From assembly GCA_002897775.1 (NCBI GenBank), contig BDTR01000030.1:128070-192069 (forward strand): a DNA stretch of 64,000 bases, read 5' to 3'. This DNA comes from a bacterium BMS3Bbin08 (lineage in GTDB: Bacteria > Nitrospirota > Thermodesulfovibrionia > UBA6902 > BMS3Bbin08). Below are positions 1-9,925 of the stretch, piece after piece. The notes beneath the pieces were generated by a model, which worked only from the letters and a program-made list of their open reading frames with translations, did not search any database and was not told the DNA's origin. Within the stretch, counting starts at the first letter, position 1, and the number at the start of each line of letters is the position of its first letter. The translations under genes and the position numbers were made by a program.

Positions 1-524
1 ACATATTCGACAAGGTCCTGCTCTGTGAACGTTGCGATGATATCTTCACTGCCCAGTACCGGGTGAGCCAGTCCGCTGTCTTTCCAGGCGGTTTCATTGA
101 ACAGGTCGTGTATATAGTCCTCAGGGGTGTCTTCTACTGATTTTATTTCCTCGGATATTACACCCTTTTCTTTCCGTATCTCGTTCCCGGGAAAAACAGA
201 GTTCATGAAGATATCAGTAAGAAGTTCAATGGCCTTTTCAATATGTTCGTCAAGGACCTTTATAAAGAAGGCCGTGTTCTCGCGTGATGTAAAGGCATTC
301 AGTTCTCCGCCCAGGGAGTCTATCTCAACAGCGATATCCTTTGCCGATCTCTTATCGGTTCCTTTAAAGAACATGTGTTCGAGGAAGTGCGCTATGCCGA
401 ACTTTTTTGATGTCTCATTCCTGGAACCGGTCTTTACCCATATCCCCATACATAGGGAACGCGTATCGCGGGTAAGGTCCATAACTACGGGGATGTTGTT
501 TTCAAGGATTACTTTTTTATACAT
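1..524 (-). CDS. M16 family (pitrilysin-like) zinc peptidase, N-terminal part; the gene runs off the window
   Basis: Reverse-strand translation from the ATG at 522-524 gives MYKKVILENNIPVVMDLTRDTRSLCMGIWVKTGSRNETSKKFGIAHFLEHMFFKGT. It contains the inverted zinc-binding motif HxxEH (HFLEH). This peptidase classically sits downstream of pnp. The six-frame track misses it because it is partial. Confidence 0.8.
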   Translation of the reverse strand, partial: MYKKVILENNIPVVMDLTRDTRSLCMGIWVKTGSRNETSKKFGIAHFLEHMFFKGTDKRSAKDIAVEIDSLGGELNAFTSRENTAFFIKVLDEHIEKAIELLTDIFMNSVFPGNEIRKEKGVISEEIKSVEDTPEDYIHDLFNETAWKDSGLAHPVLGSEDIIATFTEQDLVEY

Positions 525-647
525 GACACTTGAACGCCCGAATGTGCCGGGCGAAAAAGTATAAGCGCCCGGGATATTGAAATGTTCGGTATTGGGATCT
601 TCTCTGGAATCAGTTTGCGCGCGCCCGGTTTTAAGGGCCTTCAGGGT

Positions 648-2741
648 TCAGGACTTTACAGGCGCCTGTTCTTTTATGGCTTCTTTTCGGCTCAGGCGTA
701 TCCTGCCTGTCTTGTCTATCTCGATGACCTTTACAAGGATCTCCTGACCTTCCTTGAGCACATCGGTAACTTTTGCTATTCTCTCTTCCGCGATCTGGGA
801 TATGTGAAGAAGTCCCTCAGTGCCCGGCAGTATCTCGACGAACGCCCCGAAATCCATTATCCTCTTTATTTTGCCCATATAGAGTTTTCCGAGCTCGGCC
901 TCAGCCACGATTCCCTTTATGATGTCCATGGCCTTTTGAGCGGATGCCTCATCCGCTGAAGCGATATTAATATTGCCGTCGTCATCAACATTGATCTTTA
1001 CGCCTGTTTCCTCAACAATACCCCTTATGACCTTTCCACCGGGGCCGATCACGTCCCTTATCTTATCTGGTTTTATCTGCATGGTAAATATCCGCGGGGC
1101 ATACGTTGCCAGTGTATCTCTGGGCGCGGAGAGCTCTTCTGACATTTTGTCAAGAATATGCAGTCTTCCAAGCCTTGCCCGCTCCAGGGCCTTTCCCATT
1201 ATCTCTTTGCTGACGCCGCTTATTTTGACGTCCATCTGAAAAGCGGTTATCCCCTCTTTTGTGCCTGTGACCTTGAAATCCATATCTCCAAGGTGGTCTT
1301 CAAGTCCGAGTATATCGGTGAGGATAACTGTCCTGTCCCCCTCCTTGATCAGTCCCATGGCAATACCCGCGACCGCTGACCTTATCGGTACACCGGCATC
1401 CATCAGTGCAAGGGTACCGCCGCATACAGTTGCCATGGAAGATGAGCCGTTTGATTCAAGTATGTCGGCAACTATTCTTATGGTGTAGGGAAAATCAGAC
1501 CTCAGGGGCAGTATAGCTTTAAGAGCCCTTTCGGCCAGTATTCCGTGGCCGATTTCCCGCCTTCCCGGACCCCTCATGGGCCTGACCTCTCCAACACTGA
1601 ACGAAGGGAAATTATAATGCAGCATGAACGCCTTTTTGAACTCCCCTTCAAGCGAGTCTATCCTTTGTTCATCTTCAACCGTGCCCAGTGTAACCACTGC
1701 CAGGCACTGTGTCTCGCCCCTTGTGAAAAGGGCTGAACCGTGGGTCCTTGGCAGGATCCCGGCCTCTGAGGTGATCTTTCTTATATCTTCAGGTTTGCGG
1801 CCGTCCACCCTGACATTTTTGTCCAGGATCATGCCGCGCACAAGCTTTTTCTCTATGTTGTTAAATACCTCGGATATCTCCCTTGATATGTCTGTCTCCC
1901 CGGTATTCAGCTCGTCAATAACGCCTTCCAGGATCTTGTCCAGGGTGTCCTGCCTCACTAATTTATCAGAGATCCTGATGGCGTCTTTTATTTTTTCCAG
2001 ACAGAGGTCTGAAACGGTTTTTATTATCTCTTCGTCTATTTGAGGCGGCGTAACCTCGCGTTTGCTCTTACCGGCTTTCCCTATGAAGTCTTTTTGAACA
2101 TCCACAATACGCTTTATTTCTCCGTGCGCTATGTCTATAGCCTCGATCAGTGTTGACTCCGGGATCTCAAGCCCTCCGCCTTCTACCATAAGGACCGCCT
2201 CGTCAGAGCCTGCCACGACAAGGGTAAAATCACACTCTTCTGATTCCTTGAGATCAGGGTTTACAACCAATGAACCTTCGATTATTCCTATTCTTACGGC
2301 GCCTATAGGGCCTTCAAACGGGATATCGGATATACCGAGCGCGGCGGATGCGCCAATGACTCCAAGGACATCAGCCATGTTTTCTTCGCCGAATGAGAGA
2401 ACAGACACGATCACCTGTGTCTCGCAATAAAAACCCTCCGGGAAAAGAGGTCTTATCGGTCTGTCGATCAGACGGGAAGTGAGAACTTCCTTTTCAGTAG
2501 GACGGCCTTCTCTTTTAAAAAACCCGCCGGGTATTTTGCCGGCAGCGTAGGTCTTTTCCTGATAGGCTACCGTAAGAGGGAAAAAATCAAGACCTACCCG
2601 GGCCTGCTTTGCCGCGACAGCCGTAGCCAGTACAACAGTGTCTCCATATCGTATGATTACAGATCCGTCAGCCTGCTTTGCGAATCGTCCGGTCTCAATA
2701 GAAAGGGGCTTCCCTTTAACTTCAAGTTCGATTGATGTCAT
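648..2741 (-). CDS. pnp: polynucleotide phosphorylase (polyribonucleotide nucleotidyltransferase)
   Basis: 697 aa. Two RNase PH-like domains, then a KH domain (GKVIRGIVEETGVKINVDD) and a C-terminal S1 domain. Sits in the conserved rpsO-pnp arrangement. Confidence 0.95.
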   Translation of the reverse strand: MTSIELEVKGKPLSIETGRFAKQADGSVIIRYGDTVVLATAVAAKQARVGLDFFPLTVAYQEKTYAAGKIPGGFFKREGRPTEKEVLTSRLIDRPIRPLFPEGFYCETQVIVSVLSFGEENMADVLGVIGASAALGISDIPFEGPIGAVRIGIIEGSLVVNPDLKESEECDFTLVVAGSDEAVLMVEGGGLEIPESTLIEAIDIAHGEIKRIVDVQKDFIGKAGKSKREVTPPQIDEEIIKTVSDLCLEKIKDAIRISDKLVRQDTLDKILEGVIDELNTGETDISREISEVFNNIEKKLVRGMILDKNVRVDGRKPEDIRKITSEAGILPRTHGSALFTRGETQCLAVVTLGTVEDEQRIDSLEGEFKKAFMLHYNFPSFSVGEVRPMRGPGRREIGHGILAERALKAILPLRSDFPYTIRIVADILESNGSSSMATVCGGTLALMDAGVPIRSAVAGIAMGLIKEGDRTVILTDILGLEDHLGDMDFKVTGTKEGITAFQMDVKISGVSKEIMGKALERARLGRLHILDKMSEELSAPRDTLATYAPRIFTMQIKPDKIRDVIGPGGKVIRGIVEETGVKINVDDDGNINIASADEASAQKAMDIIKGIVAEAELGKLYMGKIKRIMDFGAFVEILPGTEGLLHISQIAEERIAKVTDVLKEGQEILVKVIEIDKTGRIRLSRKEAIKEQAPVKS

Positions 2742-2744
2742 CTG

Positions 2745-3014
2745 CTATTTTCTTATGCCGAGCTGCCCGATGATCTTCTCGTAGCGTGCCTTTTCCTCTT
2801 TTTTTAGATAGTCCAGGTGACGCCGCCTCTGCCCGACGAGTTTTAGCAGACCCCTTCTGGAATGGTGATCTTTTTTATGTGTCTGAAAGTGCTCTGAAAG
2901 CGTTTTCAGGCGTTCGCTTATAAGAGCTATCTGAACCTCTGGAGAACCCGTGTCAGTATTGTGGACCTTGTATTTGATAATTATCTCTTCTTTCTTTTGC
3001 TTGTCTAAAGCCAT
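2745..3014 (-). CDS. rpsO: 30S ribosomal protein S15
   Basis: 89 aa with the typical S15 sequence ([21 protein letters not shown]...[20 protein letters not shown]). Lies immediately upstream of pnp. Confidence 0.95.
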   Translation of the reverse strand: MALDKQKKEEIIIKYKVHNTDTGSPEVQIALISERLKTLSEHFQTHKKDHHSRRGLLKLVGQRRRHLDYLKKEEKARYEKIIGQLGIRK

Positions 3015-3144
3015 AACGTAACCTTTTTGTATAGGATATTAACTAAAGATTAGCACACAGGAAAACTGTCTGTAAACCCCGTTACAAGTTCTTATATCAC
3101 TTCTTTTCTTACGGGGCGGACTCTCATAAAACCACACGCCTTAT

Positions 3145-4029
3145 TTAATGGGGCGGGGTATTAGGGGTCTCCGGAGTTTTCTTGAACGTTATATCCTTAA
3201 GCGCTTCTTCGTAAGTTTCTACCTTGTTTTTCTTTTTCAGCTCTTCAATGTATGAATCAAAGGCATTTTTCTGTTTCTCTACAGCAAGCCGTCTCTGGAT
3301 GGAGTTTTTTACTTCTTCAAAACCGCGCAATGTGCCTTCTTTTTTCTCCATAACCTCTATAATGTGAAAACCAAACTGTGTCTTGACAGGCGAGCTTGGC
3401 TCCCCGGGCTTGAGGTTAAAGGCAACGTGCTCAAATTCCGGTACCATCCTGCCGCGGCCAAAGAACCCCAGATCACCGCCGTTTACCGCAGAACCTTTAT
3501 CTTTGGAGTATTTTTTTGCCAGTTCGGCAAAGTCCGCGCCTTTTTTGAGTTTTCCAAGTATGTCATTTGCTTCTTCTTCAGTATCAACCAGGATATGTCG
3601 CGCCTTTACCTGCAGGTCTGCGGTGAATTCTTCGGGGTGCGTGTCATAAAAGTTTCTTATCTCCTGCTCATCGACCCTGGAATTGTTCTCTATCTCTTTT
3701 TTAAGAAGAGCGGACAGCAGTGTCATTTTCTTGAATTCCTTGACCTTTTCAATAAAATCCTTGTCCTTGTTAAGGCCCTGTTTTTTGGCCTCCTGATAAA
3801 GAAGCTCTTCCTTGACCATTTCGTTAAGAAGCTCTTTTTTGCCTTCCTCGCTCTGGAACCTGGCCCTTGCCCATTCAGGAATAACCTCCAGCTTATTCAG
3901 GAAAGCTTCTTTTGTTATTGTCGTGCTATTGATTTTTGCCAGGTTTTTGCCTGTGCCGGCGCCTTGTTTTGCGGTATTGCATCCTGTGATGATCATTACC
4001 GCGAATATCAAAATAAGCAGTTTTTTCAT
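3145..4029 (-). CDS. parvulin-type peptidyl-prolyl cis-trans isomerase lipoprotein (SurA/PrsA-like)
   Basis: Lipoprotein signal (LILIFAVMIITGC). C-terminal PpiC/parvulin domain (ARHILVD...FGFHIIEV). Confidence 0.8.
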   Translation of the reverse strand: MKKLLILIFAVMIITGCNTAKQGAGTGKNLAKINSTTITKEAFLNKLEVIPEWARARFQSEEGKKELLNEMVKEELLYQEAKKQGLNKDKDFIEKVKEFKKMTLLSALLKKEIENNSRVDEQEIRNFYDTHPEEFTADLQVKARHILVDTEEEANDILGKLKKGADFAELAKKYSKDKGSAVNGGDLGFFGRGRMVPEFEHVAFNLKPGEPSSPVKTQFGFHIIEVMEKKEGTLRGFEEVKNSIQRRLAVEKQKNAFDSYIEELKKKNKVETYEEALKDITFKKTPETPNTPPH

Positions 4030-4108
4030 TTAAAACACTCCTTTTTTATGTACTAAATTGGTAACTCCAGATAGATTTTATAACATATTCTATTTATTTT
4101 TACAACTA

Positions 4109-7100
4109 TCAGGGGACCAGTTCTATCAGAAGGTTTTTTAATACCCTGAAAATTCCAGGCCATTTTTCCCCCGCGAGGTCGATTTCAAAACCGCCCTGTG
4201 GAATAAATTTGACCGGTAGTTTTCTTTTTCGCGAAATTTTCAGGATCTCCTGAGGGGTTACAGATGCTTCAGGCATAAAGAGTATCTTTATCCTGCCGCG
4301 GGAATTCTGTATCCTGGTAATGGCAAGTTTTTTTGCCAGCACCTTGAGCTCCATTATCTGGAGCAGTCTGCGTGTCTCCTCAGGGGGTGTGCCGAACCTG
4401 TCCCCGAGCTCTTCAACAAGCTCTTTGAGATCCCGGCTGTCCTTTGCCAGGGCGATCTTTCTGTAGATACTTAGTCTGAGGTCAGGGTTCTCAATATACG
4501 CCTCCGGGATAATAGCCGTTGTTCTGAGTTCAAGCACAGGCTCGACCCTTGGCGGTATTTTTTCTCCCTTGAGTTCCGCCACTGCCTGTTCGAGCGTCTC
4601 AACGTACAGGTCAAAGCCAATTGCCAGTATGTGGCCTGATTGTTCAGCGCCAAGCAGGTTGCCGGCTCCCCTGATCTCAAGGTCCCTGAGCGCCAGCCTG
4701 AACCCGGCGCCCAGGTAGCCAAGTTCCTGGATCGCCTGAAGTTTTTTCCTTGCCTGCGCTGTGATCACGTCATCTCCAGGTATAAGAAAATAAGAATACG
4801 CCCTGACATTGGACCGGCCCACCCTTCCCCTCAGCTGATACAGGTCTGCCAGCCCGAACTTATCAGCCCGGTCAATGATTATTGTATTTGCGCTGGGAAT
4901 ATCAAGGCCTGAACCTATGATGGCGGTTGATACCAGTATATTGGTCTCTTTCCTGAAAAAAGACCTCATTATCTGTTCAAGTTCTTTTTCTCTCATCTGC
5001 CCGTGTGCCACAGCTACCCTGGCCCCGGGCACCAGTTCCCTTATGTAATTTGCTACACTGTAGATGTCCTGAACGCGGTTATGCACAAAGAAGGCCTGTC
5101 CGTCGCGGTCCAGTTCTTTCTGAAGTGCCTGCTCAATGATCCCCGGATCGAACCTCGCGACAAAGCTCCTGACAGCGAGCCTGTCCTCAGGCGGGGTCTC
5201 TATCACGCTCATCGCCCTTATTCCGGAGAGGGCCATGTGGAGCGTCCTTGGAATGGGTGTCGCGGAAAGCGTGATTATATCGACAGCGCTCCTGAGTGAT
5301 TTAATTTTTTCTTTATGTGTCACTCCGAACCTGTGTTCCTCGTCTATGACAAGCAGCCCCAGGTCGTAAAAACCTACGTCTTTTGCAAGGAGCCTGTGGG
5401 TTCCGATAATAATGTCTATATCTCCGTTGGCAAGGGCTCTGAGGGTCTGCTTTTGCTCTGCCCTGTTCTTAAAACGGCTGATGAAGTCGATCTTTACGGG
5501 AAAGGCTGAAAATCTTGAGGTGAACGTATCAAAATGCTGTTCAGCCAGTATTGTTGTCGGTACGAGCACAGCTGCCTGTTTTGAGTCATAAACCGCCTTA
5601 AAACACGCCCTCATTATCACCTCTGTCTTGCCGTATCCGACATCCCCGCATAACAGGGTATCCATGGGAGTCAGGCTTTCCATGCTGCGCTTTATCTCAT
5701 TTATTGCGGTTAACTGGTCAGGGGTCTCTTCATAAAGAAAAAACCCGTCAAACTCTCTGTGCAGTTCAGTGTCTTTTGAAAAGGCATGTCCTTTTGCTGT
5801 TGTGCGCCTGGCATATATGGCCAGTAGTTTCCGGGCCATGTCCTTTATCTTCTGTCTGATCTTGCGCCTTGTTCTCTGCCATGTCTTTCCCCCAAGTTTG
5901 TCCATTTTCGGCCTTACACTTTCAGGGGCGTGGTATTTCTGAACATGGTCGATGCGCTCAAGAGGGACATAGAGCCTGTCGCCGCCAAGATACTCCATAA
6001 CGATGAAGTCGCCTTCGTGGTCTTCTATTGCCTGCTTTTTAAGGCCGATGAACTTACCTATGCCGTGTTCCATGTGCACAAGATAATCACCCTCATTAAA
6101 ATCCTCTATTGATGAGATAAGCCTGGAAACCCTTGACCTCTTTATGGATTTAAACACCGGTTTTTTACCGAAGATATCTCTTTCAGCAAGAACGATGGAG
6201 TTCTGACAGACAAAGCCCCTTCCTGCTTTACCAATGGCGATTACCGGGCTTCGCGGGTGGCTGACAGCCGCCGCGCCGCTGAGGACAGGCACTTCAAGTT
6301 CCGCCTCTGAGAACAGTTCTTTCAGCCTCTTTGCCTGGCCCTCTGACGAGCAGACCATCAATATAAAATACAGTTTCCAAAGTTCCCCGACTCTTTTTAT
6401 AAAGTCTTCCAGCGAGCGTCTTTCTTCCTGCAAAAGCCCGAATCCGGCTGTGCTTCTTATATTGAGATCAAAACCTTCTCCCTTCAGGGGAAGAGAGGTA
6501 ATGTAAAAGGGCTCTTTATCCTGCAGCATGGCAGACAGGTCAGGGAACTGCCTTTTTATATCATCAGGCTCGTTTAATATCAGGGTGCTCCGGTCAAGGA
6601 CATCTATCAGGTTTGGTCCCTGATCCGGTTCAACAGCAGGGCCTATTGACACATCTTCCAACTTCTTTACTGTCCGCTGTGTATCTGTATCAAAAACCCT
6701 TAAAGACTCGATCTCATCACCAAAGAACTCCATTCTTACCGGGAGCTCCTGTTCAGGCGGGAATACATCGAGGATACCCCCCCTTATGCTCATTTCGCCC
6801 GGGCCTGATACAAGCGGGACCTGAAGATAACCATAGCTTTCAAGGGTACTGATGACAGAGTCCCTGTCAGCGGCAGAGCGGTTCATTACTTTTAACAAAG
6901 GGAACTTATCTCCTGGCCATATTGGAGACAACGCGGCCTCAACAGACGCGATGAACGCGATCTTCCCGCTGTACAGGCGCCGGAGATTTGCCAGGCGCAG
7001 AGGATCACCTTCAGGCGGTATCAGTACAGGTTCGTCACTGCCAAGCGCTTTGGACCAGAAGACCGCGTCAGAATAAAGTTCACCGGCAGCGGCCTCAGCG

Positions 7101-7240
7101 CTGCACAGCAGCAGGCAGGGACCTTTGACCATTGAGAAGAACAGGGCCTTTGACGAACCTGAGAGCGAGGTGTACGAGCGGATCTTTCCGTGTTCAACGG
7201 CTCTGGCGGCTTTTTCAAAAAAGGAAAGGTCTATCGGCAT
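4109..7240 (-). CDS. mfd: transcription-repair coupling factor Mfd
   Basis: 1043 aa. Superfamily 2 helicase motifs (GDVGYGKTEV, DEEHRFGV). RNA polymerase interaction domain and C-terminal TRCF domain architecture. Confidence 0.92.
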   Translation of the reverse strand: MPIDLSFFEKAARAVEHGKIRSYTSLSGSSKALFFSMVKGPCLLLCSAEAAAGELYSDAVFWSKALGSDEPVLIPPEGDPLRLANLRRLYSGKIAFIASVEAALSPIWPGDKFPLLKVMNRSAADRDSVISTLESYGYLQVPLVSGPGEMSIRGGILDVFPPEQELPVRMEFFGDEIESLRVFDTDTQRTVKKLEDVSIGPAVEPDQGPNLIDVLDRSTLILNEPDDIKRQFPDLSAMLQDKEPFYITSLPLKGEGFDLNIRSTAGFGLLQEERRSLEDFIKRVGELWKLYFILMVCSSEGQAKRLKELFSEAELEVPVLSGAAAVSHPRSPVIAIGKAGRGFVCQNSIVLAERDIFGKKPVFKSIKRSRVSRLISSIEDFNEGDYLVHMEHGIGKFIGLKKQAIEDHEGDFIVMEYLGGDRLYVPLERIDHVQKYHAPESVRPKMDKLGGKTWQRTRRKIRQKIKDMARKLLAIYARRTTAKGHAFSKDTELHREFDGFFLYEETPDQLTAINEIKRSMESLTPMDTLLCGDVGYGKTEVIMRACFKAVYDSKQAAVLVPTTILAEQHFDTFTSRFSAFPVKIDFISRFKNRAEQKQTLRALANGDIDIIIGTHRLLAKDVGFYDLGLLVIDEEHRFGVTHKEKIKSLRSAVDIITLSATPIPRTLHMALSGIRAMSVIETPPEDRLAVRSFVARFDPGIIEQALQKELDRDGQAFFVHNRVQDIYSVANYIRELVPGARVAVAHGQMREKELEQIMRSFFRKETNILVSTAIIGSGLDIPSANTIIIDRADKFGLADLYQLRGRVGRSNVRAYSYFLIPGDDVITAQARKKLQAIQELGYLGAGFRLALRDLEIRGAGNLLGAEQSGHILAIGFDLYVETLEQAVAELKGEKIPPRVEPVLELRTTAIIPEAYIENPDLRLSIYRKIALAKDSRDLKELVEELGDRFGTPPEETRRLLQIMELKVLAKKLAITRIQNSRGRIKILFMPEASVTPQEILKISRKRKLPVKFIPQGGFEIDLAGEKWPGIFRVLKNLLIELVP

Positions 7241-7334
7241 GGTTAAAGATCCAAATCACAAGCCTGCCTGCCGGTAGGCAGGCACCAACTCCCAATTTAC
7301 GAACGTTTGGAATTTCGTTATTGGATATTGGAGC

Positions 7335-7829
7335 TTATTTGGGATCTGGGATTTGGTTATTGGAATCTTGAATTTTTTGTATTTTTTTTATGATCTCACT
7401 TGTGGATATTCCCTGAACAAAGGGGATGGTGCGCACCTCTTTGGCAATGTCCCTGCCCACGATATCCTCTTCTTTCCAGTCCGCTCCTTTTACAAGTATA
7501 TCAGGACCTATTTCCTTTATGAGCTCATAAGGGGTCTCTTCATCAAAGACCGTGATATAGTCCACCGCATTGAGCGCGGAAAGGATCTCAGCCCTCTGCG
7601 CCTCGGGAGTGACAGGCCTTTCGGGTTTGATCCCTGAAACGGAATTGTCCGAGTTCAGCCCGATTATAAGTACATCACCCATGCCCCTGGCCTCTTCAAG
7701 GTAACGGACGTGACCTATGTGCAGGATATCAAAACAGCCGTTGGTAAAAACGATCTTTTTGTCCCGTTCCTTTAATTCACGGACAGTATCTTTAAGCGCG
7801 TCCCTGTTTAAAATTTTATTCCCGGTCAT
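7335..7829 (-). CDS. cytidylyltransferase-fold protein resembling RfaE domain II (D-beta-D-heptose 1-phosphate adenylyltransferase)
   Basis: 164 aa with a (H/T)xGH nucleotidyltransferase motif ([20 protein letters not shown]...LIIGLNSD). Confidence 0.65.
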   Translation of the reverse strand: MTGNKILNRDALKDTVRELKERDKKIVFTNGCFDILHIGHVRYLEEARGMGDVLIIGLNSDNSVSGIKPERPVTPEAQRAEILSALNAVDYITVFDEETPYELIKEIGPDILVKGADWKEEDIVGRDIAKEVRTIPFVQGISTSEIIKKIQKIQDSNNQIPDPK

Positions 7830-7912
7830 CTATCAATGCCTGTCCTGAAATGTTCGGATTTTTTATATTAAAGCTTTTAAGGCTCCTTGCACAAGACCTG
7901 AGCGCTGGTGCT

Positions 7913-9103
7913 TTATCCTGAAGCGCGCGAGATCTCCTGCCAGAAACTTCTTCCTGAGAGGTCCGTGGTTTCAGGTCTTTTTATTGATAATGCCTCCAGT
8001 ACGGTAGCACCGACATCAGAAAAGCCCTGCCTTATTCCAAGGTTCACCCCTGCCTTAAGAGACGGACCGTAAACCAGCAGGGGCACGTATTCCCTTGAGT
8101 GGTCTGTGCCTGTGGTGGTTGGGTCACAGCCGTGGTCTGCTGTTATAATCAACATGGAGTCCTCATTAATAATATCAAGCACTTCAGACAATCTGCTGTC
8201 AAAGGCCGCTAATGCCCGCGCGTATCCCTCAGCGTTATTTCTGTGGCCGTACAGCGTATCAAAATCCACCAGCGTCTCAAACACAAGCCCTTTTTTAAGG
8301 GCTTTAAAAGAAGCCAGGGTCTTTGACAGGGAGTCGTCATTTTCCGACACGGATATGGCATGAGTGAAGCCTTTGCCCGCGAATATGTCTGTTACCTTTC
8401 CGATACTGATCACATCCATGCCGGCTTCCGCGACATATTCAAGGACTGTTTTATTCAAAGGCGGGATACTGTAATCTTTTCTCCCGGCGGTCCTTGTAAA
8501 AGAGCCGCTTTTGCCGATGAAAGGCCTGGCAATGACCCTGCCCACATTATGAGGATAGCGGAGGATATCCCTTGCTGTCCCGCACATCCTGTAAAGTTCC
8601 CGAAGAGGGACCACTTCTTCGTGGGCTGCTATCTGGAACACGCTGTCAGCAGATGTATAGACAATGGGGCTTCCTGTCCTGATGTGTTCCGGGCCGAGCT
8701 CTTTTATGATCTCTGTGCCTGAAGCCGGTTTATTGCCCAGTATCTTTTTGCCGATGGCGGTCTCGAACGCATTGATCACTTCAGGGGGAAACCCATCGGG
8801 ATAGACCGGGAACGGCTCAACAACAGGCGCTCCCATCATTTCCCAGTGGCCGGAGGTGCTGTCTTTGCCATTTGATATCTCTGACATTCTTCCAAAACAT
8901 CCAATGACATTAGCGGGTCTTTCGATCCCTTTGAAATCACCCAGGAAACCAAGCCCAAGTGCTTGCAGATTAGGCAGTTTCAGGCCGTTGACAAATCTGG
9001 TTATGTTGCCAAGGGTATTGCTCCCCGTGTCTCCGTATTCACCGGCGTCAGGCAGTTCCCCTATACCAAGTCCGTCCACAACGATCAGTAAGATCTTCCG
9101 CAT
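7913..9103 (-). CDS. deoB: phosphopentomutase
   Basis: 396 aa. The N-terminus ILLIVVDGLGIGELPDAGEYGDTGSNTLGNI and the segment TADHGCDPTTTGTDHSREYVPLLVYG match conserved DeoB metal-binding segments. Confidence 0.8.
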   Translation of the reverse strand: MRKILLIVVDGLGIGELPDAGEYGDTGSNTLGNITRFVNGLKLPNLQALGLGFLGDFKGIERPANVIGCFGRMSEISNGKDSTSGHWEMMGAPVVEPFPVYPDGFPPEVINAFETAIGKKILGNKPASGTEIIKELGPEHIRTGSPIVYTSADSVFQIAAHEEVVPLRELYRMCGTARDILRYPHNVGRVIARPFIGKSGSFTRTAGRKDYSIPPLNKTVLEYVAEAGMDVISIGKVTDIFAGKGFTHAISVSENDDSLSKTLASFKALKKGLVFETLVDFDTLYGHRNNAEGYARALAAFDSRLSEVLDIINEDSMLIITADHGCDPTTTGTDHSREYVPLLVYGPSLKAGVNLGIRQGFSDVGATVLEALSIKRPETTDLSGRSFWQEISRASG

Positions 9104-9123
9104 TTACGCGCCCTGTCTTTAAG

Positions 9124-9651
9124 TTAGAACTCTATTCCCTTTCTTGCCTTGATCCCTTTTTTATAGGGATGCTTGACCAGCCGCATTTCTGTCACGTAGT
9201 CAGCGATCCTTATCAGTTCCTCAGGCGCGTTCCTGCCGGTAAACACCAGCTCAATGCCTTCAGGCCTTGCCTTTATTATCTTCCTGACGTCTGACATGGT
9301 CGCGTATTTGCCGCTGAAGAGGTTATTGAACTCGTCCATTATTACCAGGTCGTAGCGGCTGCTTTTGATCGTATCAATGGAAAGGGCTATTGCCTCTTTA
9401 ACAGATCTCTTAAGCTCGGACAGCTTGACCCCGGGGTCAAATAGCGGTGGAGTCTGTCCCTTGAACTTTATTATTTTTATCCCGTATTTTTTGGCGGTAT
9501 TGATCTCGCCGGAATTCCTGGCGCCGCTTTTAAGAAATTGCAGGATAAGGACCTTTTTGTCATGTCCTGCCGCCCTCATGGCAAGTCCCATTGCCGCCGT
9601 TGTCTTGCCTTTGCCTTCCCCTGTATATACGTGTATGAGCTTTTTGGTCAT
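9124..9651 (-). CDS. cobO: cob(I)yrinic acid a,c-diamide adenosyltransferase (CobO/BtuR family)
   Basis: 175 aa. P-loop (YTGEGKGKTTAAMGLAMRAAGH) and family-typical layout. Confidence 0.85.
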   Translation of the reverse strand: MTKKLIHVYTGEGKGKTTAAMGLAMRAAGHDKKVLILQFLKSGARNSGEINTAKKYGIKIIKFKGQTPPLFDPGVKLSELKRSVKEAIALSIDTIKSSRYDLVIMDEFNNLFSGKYATMSDVRKIIKARPEGIELVFTGRNAPEELIRIADYVTEMRLVKHPYKKGIKARKGIEF

Positions 9652-9741
9652 AATCTAAAATAAGTGAGAAATGAAAAATAGGAGTGAAGAAGGTAAAGAA
9701 TTTTTTTTCTTATTTCTCAGTTCCTATTTCTTAGTTATTTT

Positions 9742-9816
9742 TGGAGCGGGCGACGGGATTCGAACCCGCGACCTTCAGCTTGGGAAGCTAACACTCTACC
9801 ACTGAGTTACGCCCGC
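9742..9816 (-). tRNA. tRNA-Gly (anticodon CCC)
   Basis: The reverse complement folds as a cloverleaf: GCGGGCGTAACTCAGTGGTAGAGTGTTAGCTTCCCAAGCTGAAGGTCGCGGGTTCGAATCCCGTCGCCCGCTCCA. It has a 7-bp acceptor stem, anticodon loop TTCCCAA, a T-loop TTCGAAT and an encoded CCA. Confidence 0.9.
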
Positions 9817-9925
9817 TGACGCAATAATAAGTATTGTATATTGACGGCAAGAGTATTTCAAGCAGCCATTATCCCTGTTAAGGGCGCCTGTTTTAAGGCC
9901 GGGTATTTTGCTATAATAAAAGACT

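Noticed and set aside
127-564. 145-aa plus-strand ORF from the six-frame track
   Set aside because: It lies entirely antisense to a well-supported M16 peptidase gene (HFLEH motif) on the minus strand. It has low complexity and no start context.
973-2430. Several 60-140-aa plus-strand ORFs inside pnp
   Set aside because: They are antisense to the high-confidence pnp gene. These are typical spurious ORFs.
7252-7275. GCCTGCCTGCCGGTAGGCAGGC hairpin between the nucleotidyltransferase gene and mfd, considered as a terminator
   Set aside because: No U-tract follows on either strand. It belongs to the CCTGCCTGCC...GGCAGG palindromic family, so I note it as a repeat member.
7913-9103. Alternative call: archaeal-type cofactor-independent phosphoglycerate mutase (ApgM)
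   Set aside because: The N-terminal metal-binding segment (DGLGIGELPDAGEYGDTGSNTLGNI) and the TADHGCDPT...TDHSREYVP segment fit phosphopentomutase better.
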